Position numbers and translations under genes: made by a program. The notes under the pieces were generated by a model, which was not told where the DNA came from, did no database searches, and worked only from the letters and a program-made list of their open reading frames with translations. From Macrostomum lignano (taxonomy: Eukaryota): DNA of 64,000 nucleotides. The DNA is taken from assembly GCA_002269645.1 (NCBI GenBank), contig NIVC01000365.1, forward strand, positions 585,445 through 649,444. Reading direction: 5' to 3'. Position 1 is the first letter of the stretch, and each line of letters starts with the position of its first letter. This document shows positions 23,842-35,006 of this stretch, piece by piece.

Positions 23842-24377
23842 AGATCTCACCCGTGAGAACACCTAGTAACCCGAGATCTCACCCGTGAAAATACCTAGTA
23901 ACCTGAGATCTCACCCGTGAAAATACCTAGTAACCTGAGATCTCACCCATGATCAAATACCTAGTAACCTGAGATCTCACCAATGATCAAATACCTAGTA
24001 ACCTGAGATCTCACCCGTGAGAATACCTAGTAACCTGAGATCTCACCCCCGTGAGAATACCTAGTAACCTGAGATCTCACCCGTGAGAATACCCAGTAAC
24101 CTGAGATTTCACCCGTGAGAATACCTAGTAACCTGAGATCTCACCCATGATCAAATACCTAGTAACCTGAGATCTCACCCATGATCAAATACCCAGTAAC
24201 CTGAGATCTCACCCATGATCAAATACCTAGTAACCTGAGATCTCACCCATGATCAAATACCTAGTAACCTGAGATCTCACCCATGATCAAATACCTAGTA
24301 ACCTGAGATCTCACCCGTGAAAATACCTAGTAACCTGAGATCTCACCCATGAGAATAGCTGGTAACCTGAGATCTCT
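23842..24377. repeat. 32-34-bp minisatellite upstream of DNAJC16
   Basis: Unit ctagtaacctgagatctcacccgtgagaatac, with variants. Confidence 0.95.
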
Positions 24378-25780
24378 GGTGTCAATCGGAATAAATTCCC
24401 ACTCAGGTGGTAGAGCATAGGTCAGTGGTTCGAGGCCTTGTCCACTAATAATAATTCTATTATTTCCTATTTTAGTCAGTCTCTCTCAGGAAATTCAGTT
24501 AAACAGAGTCAAACGCTGCAAGAAGCAGAAAAAAGCTTGGTTCCGTGTGTAATTCCAGACTCGTCTGGGCGCGTGCTGAGTGGTTGAGACATCACGGTTT
24601 GAGACCTGTTAAAGTGCGGCCTCTGACTAGAGTAGAGCACAAAGTCGAGCTCAGAGTCAGTCTGAATAAAACAAGCTGCTCAAAAAAACAAATAGCGGCC
24701 CGTTTGGCGTGTCGCTAGCTTTGAGCAACAACAACAACAACAACAAACTCTTTAATGCGAATGAATATGCATTGTTTAGTGCTGTGCAAGAGAATCTTCA
24801 CAGCACTACTTGCAGTAAGCCCGGCGGACGGTGCAATAACAAATACGAGTAGATAGTATAAAATAGCCTCACACTGCTGCAAGCAAGAAGCACACTAAGC
24901 AGACTAGACCGGTAATAAACTAAAGTAATTGGCCGCTCTATTATGCAAGCAATAATTTGATTTCAAAATCACATGAGCACTACTCTTCACGCAAGTGAAT
25001 TTCGATGTGTAATAATAATAGTATTAGTGCCAATATAGTATAAATAGAAGCTGCAATAACTTGCACCAGATCTGCATACCTGAGTGCATATTAACCATCC
25101 CGCTGCCTCTGAGGACGCTCACACAAGGTGTACACACATCGTCAGAGAAGTACCAAATTAAGGTGGCAGCTCTAGGAGTCGAGCCTCCCCCCCAGCCGGG
25201 ACCGAGGAACCAAGTCCTCAAGACCATCTAGATGTTCAAGCTGTCCTCATCAAGCCTCTTGAAGCTGCCTAAAATCGAGCCCGCTGTGAGCATGGAGCAT
25301 TATCGGTCAGACAAGCAGGTGCCAAATTAAAATAAAACACGGGATCGCAGAATATGCGGTAACTCAATGGAACTCTGCACTGTAAGAGTAAAGAAAGCTG
25401 AGGGCACAGAGCAAGGCACAGAGTTCAGCCACTGCACTCTGACACTAATTAACTTTCGGAGGCTGGAAAGAATCGCCTCATCACATTGATAACAATACAA
25501 GCTGCGCACCAGGGGATCTTAGTTACCTGAATAAACTATTGGGGAGCTCTAAGGATCCATACAGGATTTGCAGCCGGGATCCTTGAGGATTTGGACAAGA
25601 ACCACTGTTGTATATCAGGACATTAAACTCATTTTTTCATCACAAAATCAATGATTGAATTTGATCTGGGGCAGTGAAGATTGCCATTTCTTTAATTTAG
25701 CATGCATGCGCGATCTTTGAGTTTACGCCCTGTTATGCTACAGTGGTCCTTGGATTCGGGAGCTCAGATCCGGGATCCGG

Positions 25781-27003
25781 TCATCTCGCTGCGGCAGACG
25801 AAGGCGAAGCGGAACCGGATGAAGCCGACGAGGAGGCTGAGGCGGATCCAGCCGGGTGCTCGCGGTTGCCAGGCGCGTTTCCTGGCGCTGTAGAGGCGGC
25901 CGCATCAGCACCTGCAGCACCGGCGACGGCGGCGGCGAGCTGCTCTGAAAAGTGCGGCACGTACTCCGAATAGGCGCAGTCGCCAACGCCCACCCGGCTG
26001 GCGAACGGGGCGCCGGGCCTCGGCCGGATGTATATGTGGCCGAGCGGCCTGCGGTCGATGGGGCAGGTGGGGCTGGTCTGGCACCAGCGGGCCAGGCAGG
26101 CGAAGCAGTACTGGTGGCAGCAGGCGTCGGGGACGCCAACGTCCGACTCGATGCGGTCGCAGCAGATGGCGCAGTCGCTGCCGATGTCCAGCATGTAGGT
26201 GGCCAGCCGGAGCTCGCCGCCGGTGGAGGCGTCGCGATCGGCGACTGTCGCTGCAGCTGGCAGCTGGCGGCCGGTGCCGCCGGACTGAAAGTCGAGGAAG
26301 GGGGCAAGAAGAGGACTAGTCATGGGATTTGAGGTTCAAGGCAGGGGATCTGACAGAGTTGCGGATTTGGGAGAAAAGGGTTCTGGTTAGAATAGGGGAT
26401 TTGGGAGTAGGGGATTCGGAAATAGGGGATTTGCCTATAACGTAGCTTTGGAAAAATATTCAATTCGGTAAATTCCGGGGCTCAGTGATTTGGGATACCA
26501 GTAATTTTAACTTGGATTCGGAATTAGCCTAAAACTCGATCAACAGCTGCCCTCACCTCGCTAGCTCCGCCGCTAGCTCCGCCGCCGCCATCGTCAGAGT
26601 CGTACTCGAACGGCGCCGGCAGCAGCCACCAGAGGCCGGTGGCGGCGGCGGCAGCGGCAGCGCCAGCCGGCTCGCAGTCCAACTCGTCCAGCGGGCACTG
26701 GCCGCAGGGCCGGCCCGCCCGAATCTTGTGAAAGCAGAGCTCGCGAAATATTCGACCGCAGGTTGGACAGCGCGAGCCGCTGACCGGGTCGCTGCGCCCG
26801 ATGTAGGCCAGCATGCAGTTGATGTGGCAGAAGTGATCTGGGCAGGTCATGGGGTGGCACAGCTCGCTCTGGCCGAGGCCGACGGCGCCCCAGGCCCGGA
26901 TGACCCGGCAGCACAGCAGGCAGACGGTGTGCGGCCTGGCGCGGGTCTGGCACCGGTGCCGAGCCCGCCAGACGCTTCTCTGCTTCTCCAGCCACTTCAG
27001 CAT
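25781..27003 (-). CDS. Two-exon protein with two tandem RING-like fingers (about 316 aa), putative E3 ligase
   Basis: Exons 26557-27003 and 25781-26284 (phase 0, GAG|gtgagg..ttcag|TCC); CLLC..CPDHFCHINC..CPTC and CAIC..CCHQYCFAC..CPIDR. Confidence 0.7.
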
Positions 27004-27255
27004 GCGACGGCGGCAGCTCGGGGCTGAAATGGTGCATGCGCCTTGCAGACTACTGACTGAGGAACTGGGCAGTAGCAAAATTAGAAAATACGGTTAATTT
27101 AAATTGTTATACCGAATGATTTAAGAGAAGGACACAAAAGATACGCGTGGTAACTAAGAAGCCAACAAATGCGAATTGGCATTGAAAAATTGCATAATTA
27201 TATATTTATCTAAATTACAGCCAGCTCCAGCTCAGCCACTCTGTACTCAGTCCAT

Positions 27256-27456
27256 TCAGTCCGAGGAGCCGTGCTTTCGCAGAGTTCGAATCTTCTTCAC
27301 CTCCCTGTACAGCACCTCCTGCTGCACCAGCGGGTCGAAGGCCAGCAGCTCTTTTTTGGTTGGAGAGTTTCGCGGCCTGAAAGCCAGCCGGGTGTGGCCG
27401 GTGCCCGCCAGGCTCTCAACCAGCACCATCGTCATGCGCACGAAGCCGCTCGACAT
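27256..27456 (-). CDS. MRPL33: Mitochondrial ribosomal protein L33 (bL33m), 66 aa
   Basis: VLVESLAGTGH..KKELLAFDPLVQQEVLYREVKKIRTL matches the bL33m pattern. Confidence 0.85.
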   Translation of the reverse strand: MSSGFVRMTMVLVESLAGTGHTRLAFRPRNSPTKKELLAFDPLVQQEVLYREVKKIRTLRKHGSSD

Positions 27457-27505
27457 GGCAACGGCTGCAACAGGTGAGCGGCTGTGCTTTAGCGGACACA
27501 CAGTA

Positions 27506-27782
27506 CATGACCCTCAGCACAGACACACATTGCATGACCCTCAGCACAGACACACATTGCATGACCCTCAGCACGGACACACATTGCATGACCCTCAGCA
27601 CGGACACACATTGCATGACCCTCAGCACGGACACACATTGCATGACCCTCAGCACAGACACACATTGCATGACCCTCAGCACAGACACACATTGCATGAC
27701 CCTCAGCACAGACACACATTGCATGACCCTCAGCACAGACACACATTGCATGACCCTCAGCACAGACACACATTACATGACT
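27506..27782. repeat. 27-bp minisatellite, about 10 copies
   Basis: Unit catgaccctcagcacagacacacattg. Confidence 0.95.
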
Positions 27783-28475
27783 CCGAAACACTACAGATTA
27801 TGATACGAGCCAGAGTCGAAGAAGACCAAAGCAGCCATTTGGGAGCAAAGGTGTAAACTGAAATAACTGTATTTCAATACATCCGACAGCGCCAGTCCTG
27901 ACAGGGGATCGATCACGTGACAGCAAGGGCCAGGGAAAGCTCAGCGTGCCGAAAAGGGATGGAGCCAACAGTGACATGCAATGTCTGGGAAGGGGCGCAA
28001 TGGAAAGACAACAGTGCAAAAATGAAGGGCAAATTGAACAGAATGAACACAATTTTGAATAATAAATTATTCAGTTTTAAAAGCGCTGGCTGAAAGCAGA
28101 GCAGAAATGCCAACAAGTGTAATATATGATCATACACGGGAGTGAAATGAAGCTAACGTGGCTTAAAGAATACTTTGAAGTGAAATTATGAGCAAAATTA
28201 TAACTATACGTTTATAATTAAACAATTTACACTCAGTATGTCACGCTAGTAATGAAACAAGATAATACTACATATACATAATATTACACCAGGTTGTAAT
28301 ACATGTAACACATTGGCACAAATTAGAATTTCAATTTTTCAATAATTCATTAAAATTTCCAGTGCTAGAGTAGCTGACAATTAGCACAATTCAATAATGC
28401 CGCTCTGTATAGCTGACTAGTATAAACTCATTCCAACCTTGGCTAATCTGGTAATTAATCTCCCTGGTACTTGTT

Positions 28476-29180
28476 TGACAGGGGAATGGAGACCAGGGGT
28501 ATGCCACCATTGACAGGGGAATGGAGACCAGGGGTATGCCACCATTGACAGGGGAATGGAGACCAGGGGTATGCCACCATTGACAGGGGAATGGAGACCA
28601 GGGGTGTGCCACCATTGACAGGGGAATGGAGACCAGGGGTATGCCACCATTGACAGGGGAATGGAGACCAGGGGTATGCCACCATTGACAGGGTAATGGA
28701 GACCAGGGGTATGCCACCATTGACAGGGGAATGGAGACCAAGGGTATGCCACCATTGACAGGGGAATGGAGACCAGGGGTATGCCACCATTGACAGGGGA
28801 ATGGAGACCAGGCACGCCACCCGAGCCAGGGGAATGGAGACCAGGTACACCACCCTAGCCAGGGGAATGGAGACCAGGTACGCCACCCGAGCCAGGGGAA
28901 TGGAGACCAGGTACACCACCCTAGCCAGGGGAATGGAGACCAGGTACGCCACCCGAGCCAGGGGAATGGAGACCAGGTACACCACCCTAGCCAGGGGAAT
29001 GGAGACCAGGTACGCCACCCGAGCCAGGGGAATGGAGACCAGGTACACCACCCTAGCCAGGGGAATGGAGACCAGGTACACCACCCTAGCCAGGGGAATG
29101 GAGACCAGGTACACCACCCTAGCCAGGGGAATGGAGACCAGGTACACCACCCGAGCCAGGGGAATGGAGACCAGATACGC
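28476..29180. repeat. Compound minisatellite: a 35-bp unit switching to a 33-bp unit
   Basis: Shared core caggggaatggagaccagg; the switch occurs near 28806. Confidence 0.95.
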
Positions 29181-29325
29181 CACCCTGAACCTGGAAGTGG
29201 GGTCAGTTGATGATGTGCACACCAGGATGCGTGCGCAAATCCCCTGGAATAAAGCAGCTGAACCCAGCGCTTTGTTCAACCCCTGGAATCCCCAGTGGTA
29301 AAAATCCCGCGGCGATTGGCGAGCC

Positions 29326-31686
29326 TCACTTGGCCTGCACGTACACGGTGTCGGTTGGGCAGAGTCCCAGCTCGGCCAGGCTGGCCATGGGCTGCAGCTG
29401 GGACAGCAGCCGCCTGGGATGCGTGGCCAGCAATTCAAAGTCCTCAGCTGGGAAGCCTTCGCTGTCCAGCAGCACCGTCAGAGCCTTCAACCGGCTGCTG
29501 GCTGGCCAGTCCAGCGAGTTGCGCCGGCCGTCCGGGTAGCGGATGAGCAGCCGGCAGCGCTGCGGCTCATCTGGGTCGCCCAGCCACAGCCGGTGGTCCT
29601 GACCGTCCACCAGCCTGGAGGCCGCCACGGCACGGCGCAGCTGCTCCGCCTCGGCCTCTTCGCCGTTGTCGCAGTCAGGCCGCCTCGCCCCGACACCTTT
29701 GGCACCAAGCTCGGGCTGGTCGACACTTTGGCGGAGCTCCGGCGATTTGGACCGAGCCCGCTTGGCGGCCGGGGCAGCCGGCCCCGCAGCCGCTTCATCG
29801 ATGGCAGCCGCAGCCTCCGAGTCGGACTCCGGCAGGCATTCCGGCCGCTCGAACTGCGCCAGAAACTCGGTCAGCCTGTCCAGGAAACTGTCCAGGTGGC
29901 GCAGCTGGCCGGGCGCGAACCTCAGCCGCTGCTCGCCCGTCACCGGGTCTAGCAGGGCCACGAAGGGGCAGCCGCCGGGAGCGCGGTAGTTGACGGCAAA
30001 ACGGCAGCCGGCGGGAGACCGGCTGTCCAGCTGGAGGAACACGCAGCTGGCCTCCAGCACCGACTGCACGGCCGGCTCTGACCACAGGTCCCGGTTGAGC
30101 AGCTGGCAGCTGAACTCGCCCACGTCCTGCGGCGTTTGAGATTCGCCAGCTGTAGCTGGACTGTAGTAGCCCTGCAGCCTGCGCTGCAGCCCCATCCGCC
30201 CCAGCTTGCAGTCTCCTCTGCCCCAGTTGCAGTCCCCTCTGCCCAAGCCTGTGCTGCAGTCCCCTCTGCCCCAGTTGCAGTCCCCTCTACCCCAGTTGCA
30301 GTCCCCTGTGCCCCAGTTGCAGTCCCCTCTGCCCAAGCCTGTGCTGCAGCCCCCTTCGGCCCCAGCTTGCAGCCCCCTCTGCTCCAGTCTGCTGCAGGCA
30401 GCCCCCTCTGCTCCAGCCTGTGCTGCAGCCCCCTCTGCTCCAGTCTGTGCTGCAGCCCCCTCTGCTCCAGTCTGTGCTGCAGCCCCTTCTGCTCCAGTCT
30501 GTGCTGCAGCCCCCTCTGCTCCAGTCTGTGCTGCAGGCAGCCCCTTCTGCTCCAGTCTGTGCTGCAGCCCCCTCTGCTCCAGTCTGTGCTGCAGGCAGCC
30601 CCTTCTGCTCCAGTCTGTGCTGCAGCCCCCTCTGCTCCAGTCTGTGCTGCAGGCAGCCCCTTCTGCTCCAGTCTGTGCTGCAGCCCCCTTCTGCTCCAGC
30701 CTGCGCTGCAGCCCCATCCGCCCCAGCTTGCAGTCTCCTCTGCTCCAGCCTGTGCTGAAGCCCGCAGCTCCCTCTGCTCCAGCCTGCGGCCCTTCTGCTC
30801 CAGCCTATTATGCAGCTCCTTCTGCCCCCAGCCTGTGCTGCAGCCTCCTCGCCCACCAGCCTACAGCCCCAGTCAGCAAGAATCAACAGGCCACAGCAGT
30901 AGCGCAGCCCGCCCCACCTGCAGGTCCACCAGCAGCCATTTGCCGGCCAGCCGGGCCTGCCGCATCGCGGATTCCAGGCTGCCGGGGTGCAGCAGCCCGC
31001 TGGGCGGCCGGTACAGGTCGTGCAGGCTGCGTTTGCCGGGTCGCCCGCCGCTGCTGCCACTGGCCGCCCCCGCCTCCTCCAGCATGGCGGCGCGATGATC
31101 GGCAAACGGTTGAACTGTCGGTCTGGCAGCGCCGCCGCTGCCATTGGCGCCGCTATGCTGCGCAAAAATAGCGCCAGCATTTGGTGTCAGCTGCGCCACA
31201 GTCTGCGGCATCGGCGCCCGAGCCTCCTCGGAGCTGTCGGAGGGGGTGGCGGCCAGGCCGGAGTCGCCACTGCTTCCATCGGTGCCGGGGTGGAGCCGGC
31301 TGGCAGCCGGGGTTGGCGGCCCAGTCTCCATGTACATGTTCAGCGCCATCTCCAGGTTGTTGTTGCAGGCGGCCAGGTACTGGGCAGCCACTGCGCTTGT
31401 TGCCCCTGCGAAAGATGGAGAGGGTGGAATAATAATGTTAATAACAATGCAGGGCTGTGGACACCCTGGTGCAACACCTTCGGCAGCCCATTCCACAGAC
31501 TTCTGAGCACATATTAAGAACAAATGGCAAGGTTTCCAATGTGGATTCAAACAATGTGCTTTTGGAGAGCACCTTATTAAAAAGATAGCTTGACTAGAGT
31601 TCTCTCCCATTGCAATAACAGTTTGAGCAATTTCAGAATAGCAGCTCACCTGTAATAGCACAGAAGTTCTCAGCCTCAGGCCCCAT
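29326..31686 (-). CDS. UBXN7: UBX domain protein 7 (UBA-like, UAS, UIM, UBX), about 441 aa, 3 exons
   Basis: Exons 31650-31686, 30918-31405 and 29326-30126 are in frame; LAACNNNLEMALNMYM, LYRPP..KWLLVDLQ-DVGEFSCQLLNRDLWS, and UBX LLIRYPDGRR. Confidence 0.9.
30170..30850. repeat. CTGCAG/CTCCAG-rich mixed repeat filling UBXN7 intron 2
   Basis: Recurrent ctgctccagtctgtgctgcagcccc and ccccagttgcagtccc units. Confidence 0.85.
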
Positions 31687-32255
31687 CCTGTTGCATATGA
31701 AGGACAGGCTGCTAGATTGAACTAGGTGGAGAGCAATTTCCAACAAAATATCATGCAAATATGTGCCATCTATATATACTCACAGTTCTTCATTTAGATA
31801 TATAAGGCCACAGAAAAGTGACTGTTTATATAAGTTAATGTCTTGAAATTTAACTAGGTGCTATCATTTAGTAAAATATAGTAAAAAATTCAATATCTTA
31901 AATGCCTCTATTTCAATAGCATATAAGTATTTAATATTGAAGTTGTCATTTCTCTAGTAGAATTTTCTACTCATATTGAATAAAGCAAAAGATTTTAAAA
32001 GGGATGAAAGAAATTAATTGGATATTTGCTATTATCTTTGCTAACAACATAAGTATACAATAAACTTTTATGTCTAAACTTTTGTAGTTTTACTATTCTA
32101 AACACAACTTAATAGAAGCATAAGAATATATTTAAAAACATGCTTCAAGCTTCAACATGTTGGTAAATATTAATAAAAAGTCTAAAAAATAAATTATTTT
32201 ATCAACTTTTTATAGAAAACTACCAACATGACTATTTTAATTGTAAGGCTTAGAA

Positions 32256-32852
32256 TAAGGGTTTGCAACCTCTGGCCCACAGACTTTCTATGTGGCCTAT
32301 GAATTTCTTCTATCTTCATTATTATAATCTAGCCTGCACCATAGCAATAAACTTTTTTGGCCTATAAAAGTTTTATGTACTGAAAATGGGGAATTTCTTT
32401 TCTTAATTTTCAATTTTAATCACAAATTAATAATGAGACACGAACTAAGTCTGAGTGGCTGTTTACAAAGTTTTCAAAGACAGACAGCACATCAGTTCAA
32501 ACTTTTGAATAGAATAGTGAAATAGGGGAACTGGTGGCAAAGGAAAGTGAGGTAGTGGCTTGCCAACAATAGGGATACAAATATAGTATATTGATTGGGC
32601 TGGCTGTGCAATAGAATCAAACTTTCTAAGAATGCATCAAATTATTATAAAATTGTTTTGATCAAATATTTTAGAACATTAGTGGCACAAATAGAAATTT
32701 GTTGAGGGCAGATTCTAGAGGGTAGAGACCCATGGAAGGATTTTGGAGGATAAAGACCCAGGGAGGGGCAGAGTAATAAGGGGCAACCTATGGCCCATGT
32801 ATTTGAACTGAAAACCTCACCTGGCCTTCAAGTAAAAAGTTGCCGACCCCTA
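32256..32852. mobile_element. Non-autonomous hAT-like element, 597 bp
   Basis: Termini taagggtttgcaac / gttgccgaccccta; 8-bp TSD gcttagaa. Confidence 0.75.
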
Positions 32853-34405
32853 GCTTAGAATCTCAAACATTAAACTTAAAGATAAGAAAAAGTCAATTTT
32901 TAACAATAGCAAAATATTTATATTGTCAAATACTTTGAAAGCATTATAAATAGAAAAATAAAGCAGTATTTGTAGTGTTAGGCATAGGCCGCATAGTTAA
33001 TAAAAATCTTAACTCCTTTTAATGGTAAAAGCATTTGGATTAAATCCATTAGGGCCTATACTTAAAAATCTTAACTTGTTAACTAGGCCTAGGGCCTAAT
33101 ATGATAATCTGGCTATCTTCAAGTTTCGTTCGTTTAATTCTAACACCCACCCCCCACCACCCTTGAATAGAGGGCGAAATAATTCTGGAAATAATTAAAC
33201 GAACGAAACTTGAAGATTGCCGATAATCCTTAATATACATTAATCTATTGAAGTTAATATAGAAAATATAGCTACAGGAATTTTGCAATTTTTTTACCAA
33301 AACAGACTTTATAATGCACAGTGATGCATTGTCTTCTTTTCTATCTTTTTAGCAAAACACAGTCCATAGTCAGAGGTCAATTTAAAAGCTAAAAAATAAT
33401 AGACAATAATAACAGACATTTTATATACAAGTTTTTACTTGTATATAAAATGCTACTAAAAGTATGCATAAAGTAACTTAAATTTTTTTGAAACCTGAAA
33501 AAGAATTAGTTAAGAATAAAATACAAACAGGAAGGTTGTAATGTTGTATCAAAAAGCATAGGCTGAATCTTACTAGGCCATCATATTCTATGAATAGGCA
33601 ACAGTGACGGTCATGCTAATCATAAATCATACGATGTCGATAGAATGAAAACAAAAAGCCATAATTTTATACCAGTTTTCGTATTTATTTTCTTGCATTA
33701 GATATATTATTACATTGTTATACCTAGAAATGTCATGCAAACCCAAAAATATGCCAACTTACTAGCACAAACTCAACTTTATGCCAGAATTTTTCAGTAT
33801 ATGTAGATGTATAATGTTCAAGGTGCCTGAAATACAAATTTTTGATGTTTAATGTACGTGCGTGAAAAAACTTGACCCTGACCCAATCAACTCTCTTCTT
33901 CGACGAGGACGAGGTGAAACAATTTTTTTATTCTTGTTAAAAGTTCCAAGCATCGAAGCTACATTTTTTTGAAAAAACAAATACTAAATAAAGAAGAAAG
34001 AAAAATAAAGAAAAATAAAGAAGATAAGAAAAATAAAGAACATCCAGCAAAAAATTACTTACCAATAAGACAGACCATGCACTTTTTAACAACTTGACTT
34101 TCGGCGAATAATTTTTCAGCTGGCTTGCGGCGGCGATCCTTACTATTAAAGTTGCTGTATTTTTCGTAGTTCTACAAGAACACGACAAATCACAACGACT
34201 TAAGAGTTTGATGTTCAATTGCTATCGCGTAGGACACCTGCACATTTTTTTATTTTCTTGTGGATTATTACCGTCAATCTATTTTAAAGAACACATCTGT
34301 TTCAATAATCTTAAATGGGTATGTTATTTGACCTGTGCTGTTACTCATGTATATTACTTTCAAAAAATTAGGTTGTAGCATGCTTTATTTTTTTACTGTT
34401 GCCAT

Positions 34406-34579
34406 CAATAGCAGATCCAGAAAATTTTGAATGGGGGGTGCAGACTATTAAGGTACATATATATTCATATAATGTACAAGTATATGTACATGATAATGTG
34501 TATTTTCCATATAAAAAATCAAAAAAATCTAACTCAACAGGGGGCACGCCCTGTGCGCCCCCCTCTAAATCCGCTACTG
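34406..34579. mobile_element. hAT-like MITE, 174 bp
   Basis: Imperfect TIRs caatagcagatccag / ctaaatccgctactg; 8-bp TSD gttgccat. Confidence 0.8.
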
Positions 34580-35006
34580 GTTGCCATATATGATATTAGG
34601 TGCATTTACCCACAAATCATGTTTTGTATAACATAAAAACAGGCATATATTTTTTTTTGTAGTTTGTAGTTTGTGTAGTCTAGGGCCTAAGTAAGCAAAG
34701 TAATCTATAAATGTAAGACAGATTTTTCATTTTTATAGGTATAAACTATAGGTTAAGATATACAGTAGTATTAGTAATTAAAATTAGCAATTACAATATA
34801 TAATAGGCCTAAAACAAGGGCTACATCTAAAAATTAAGACTATGTTTAGAACTTTAGGCTAGGCCTAACTTAAAATATTGAAATGTTTATTTTCTTATAT
34901 AGTATATCAGTTTGATAGAATATAATCTAGTGAAAGAAGTATAGATTTTTGATATTCTTATAACTATTTTATCTCATTTTTTCTACCTTTTTCAAAACTT
35001 TTATAG

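Noticed and set aside
24400-24440. tRNA-like A-box and B-box (ctcaggtggtagagca..ggttcgag)
   Set aside because: Boxes too close together and no cloverleaf; at most a degenerate SINE remnant
30136-31180. 300-460-aa Cys/Ser/Ala-rich ORFs on both strands
   Set aside because: They arise from the repeat-filled UBXN7 intron 2; canonical splice sites give a normal UBXN7
33937-34218. Minus-strand ORF with a gtaagt donor as UBXN7 exon 1
   Set aside because: Wrong phase; the true coding exon 1 (MGPEAENFCAITG) is at 31650-31686. It could still be a non-coding 5' exon
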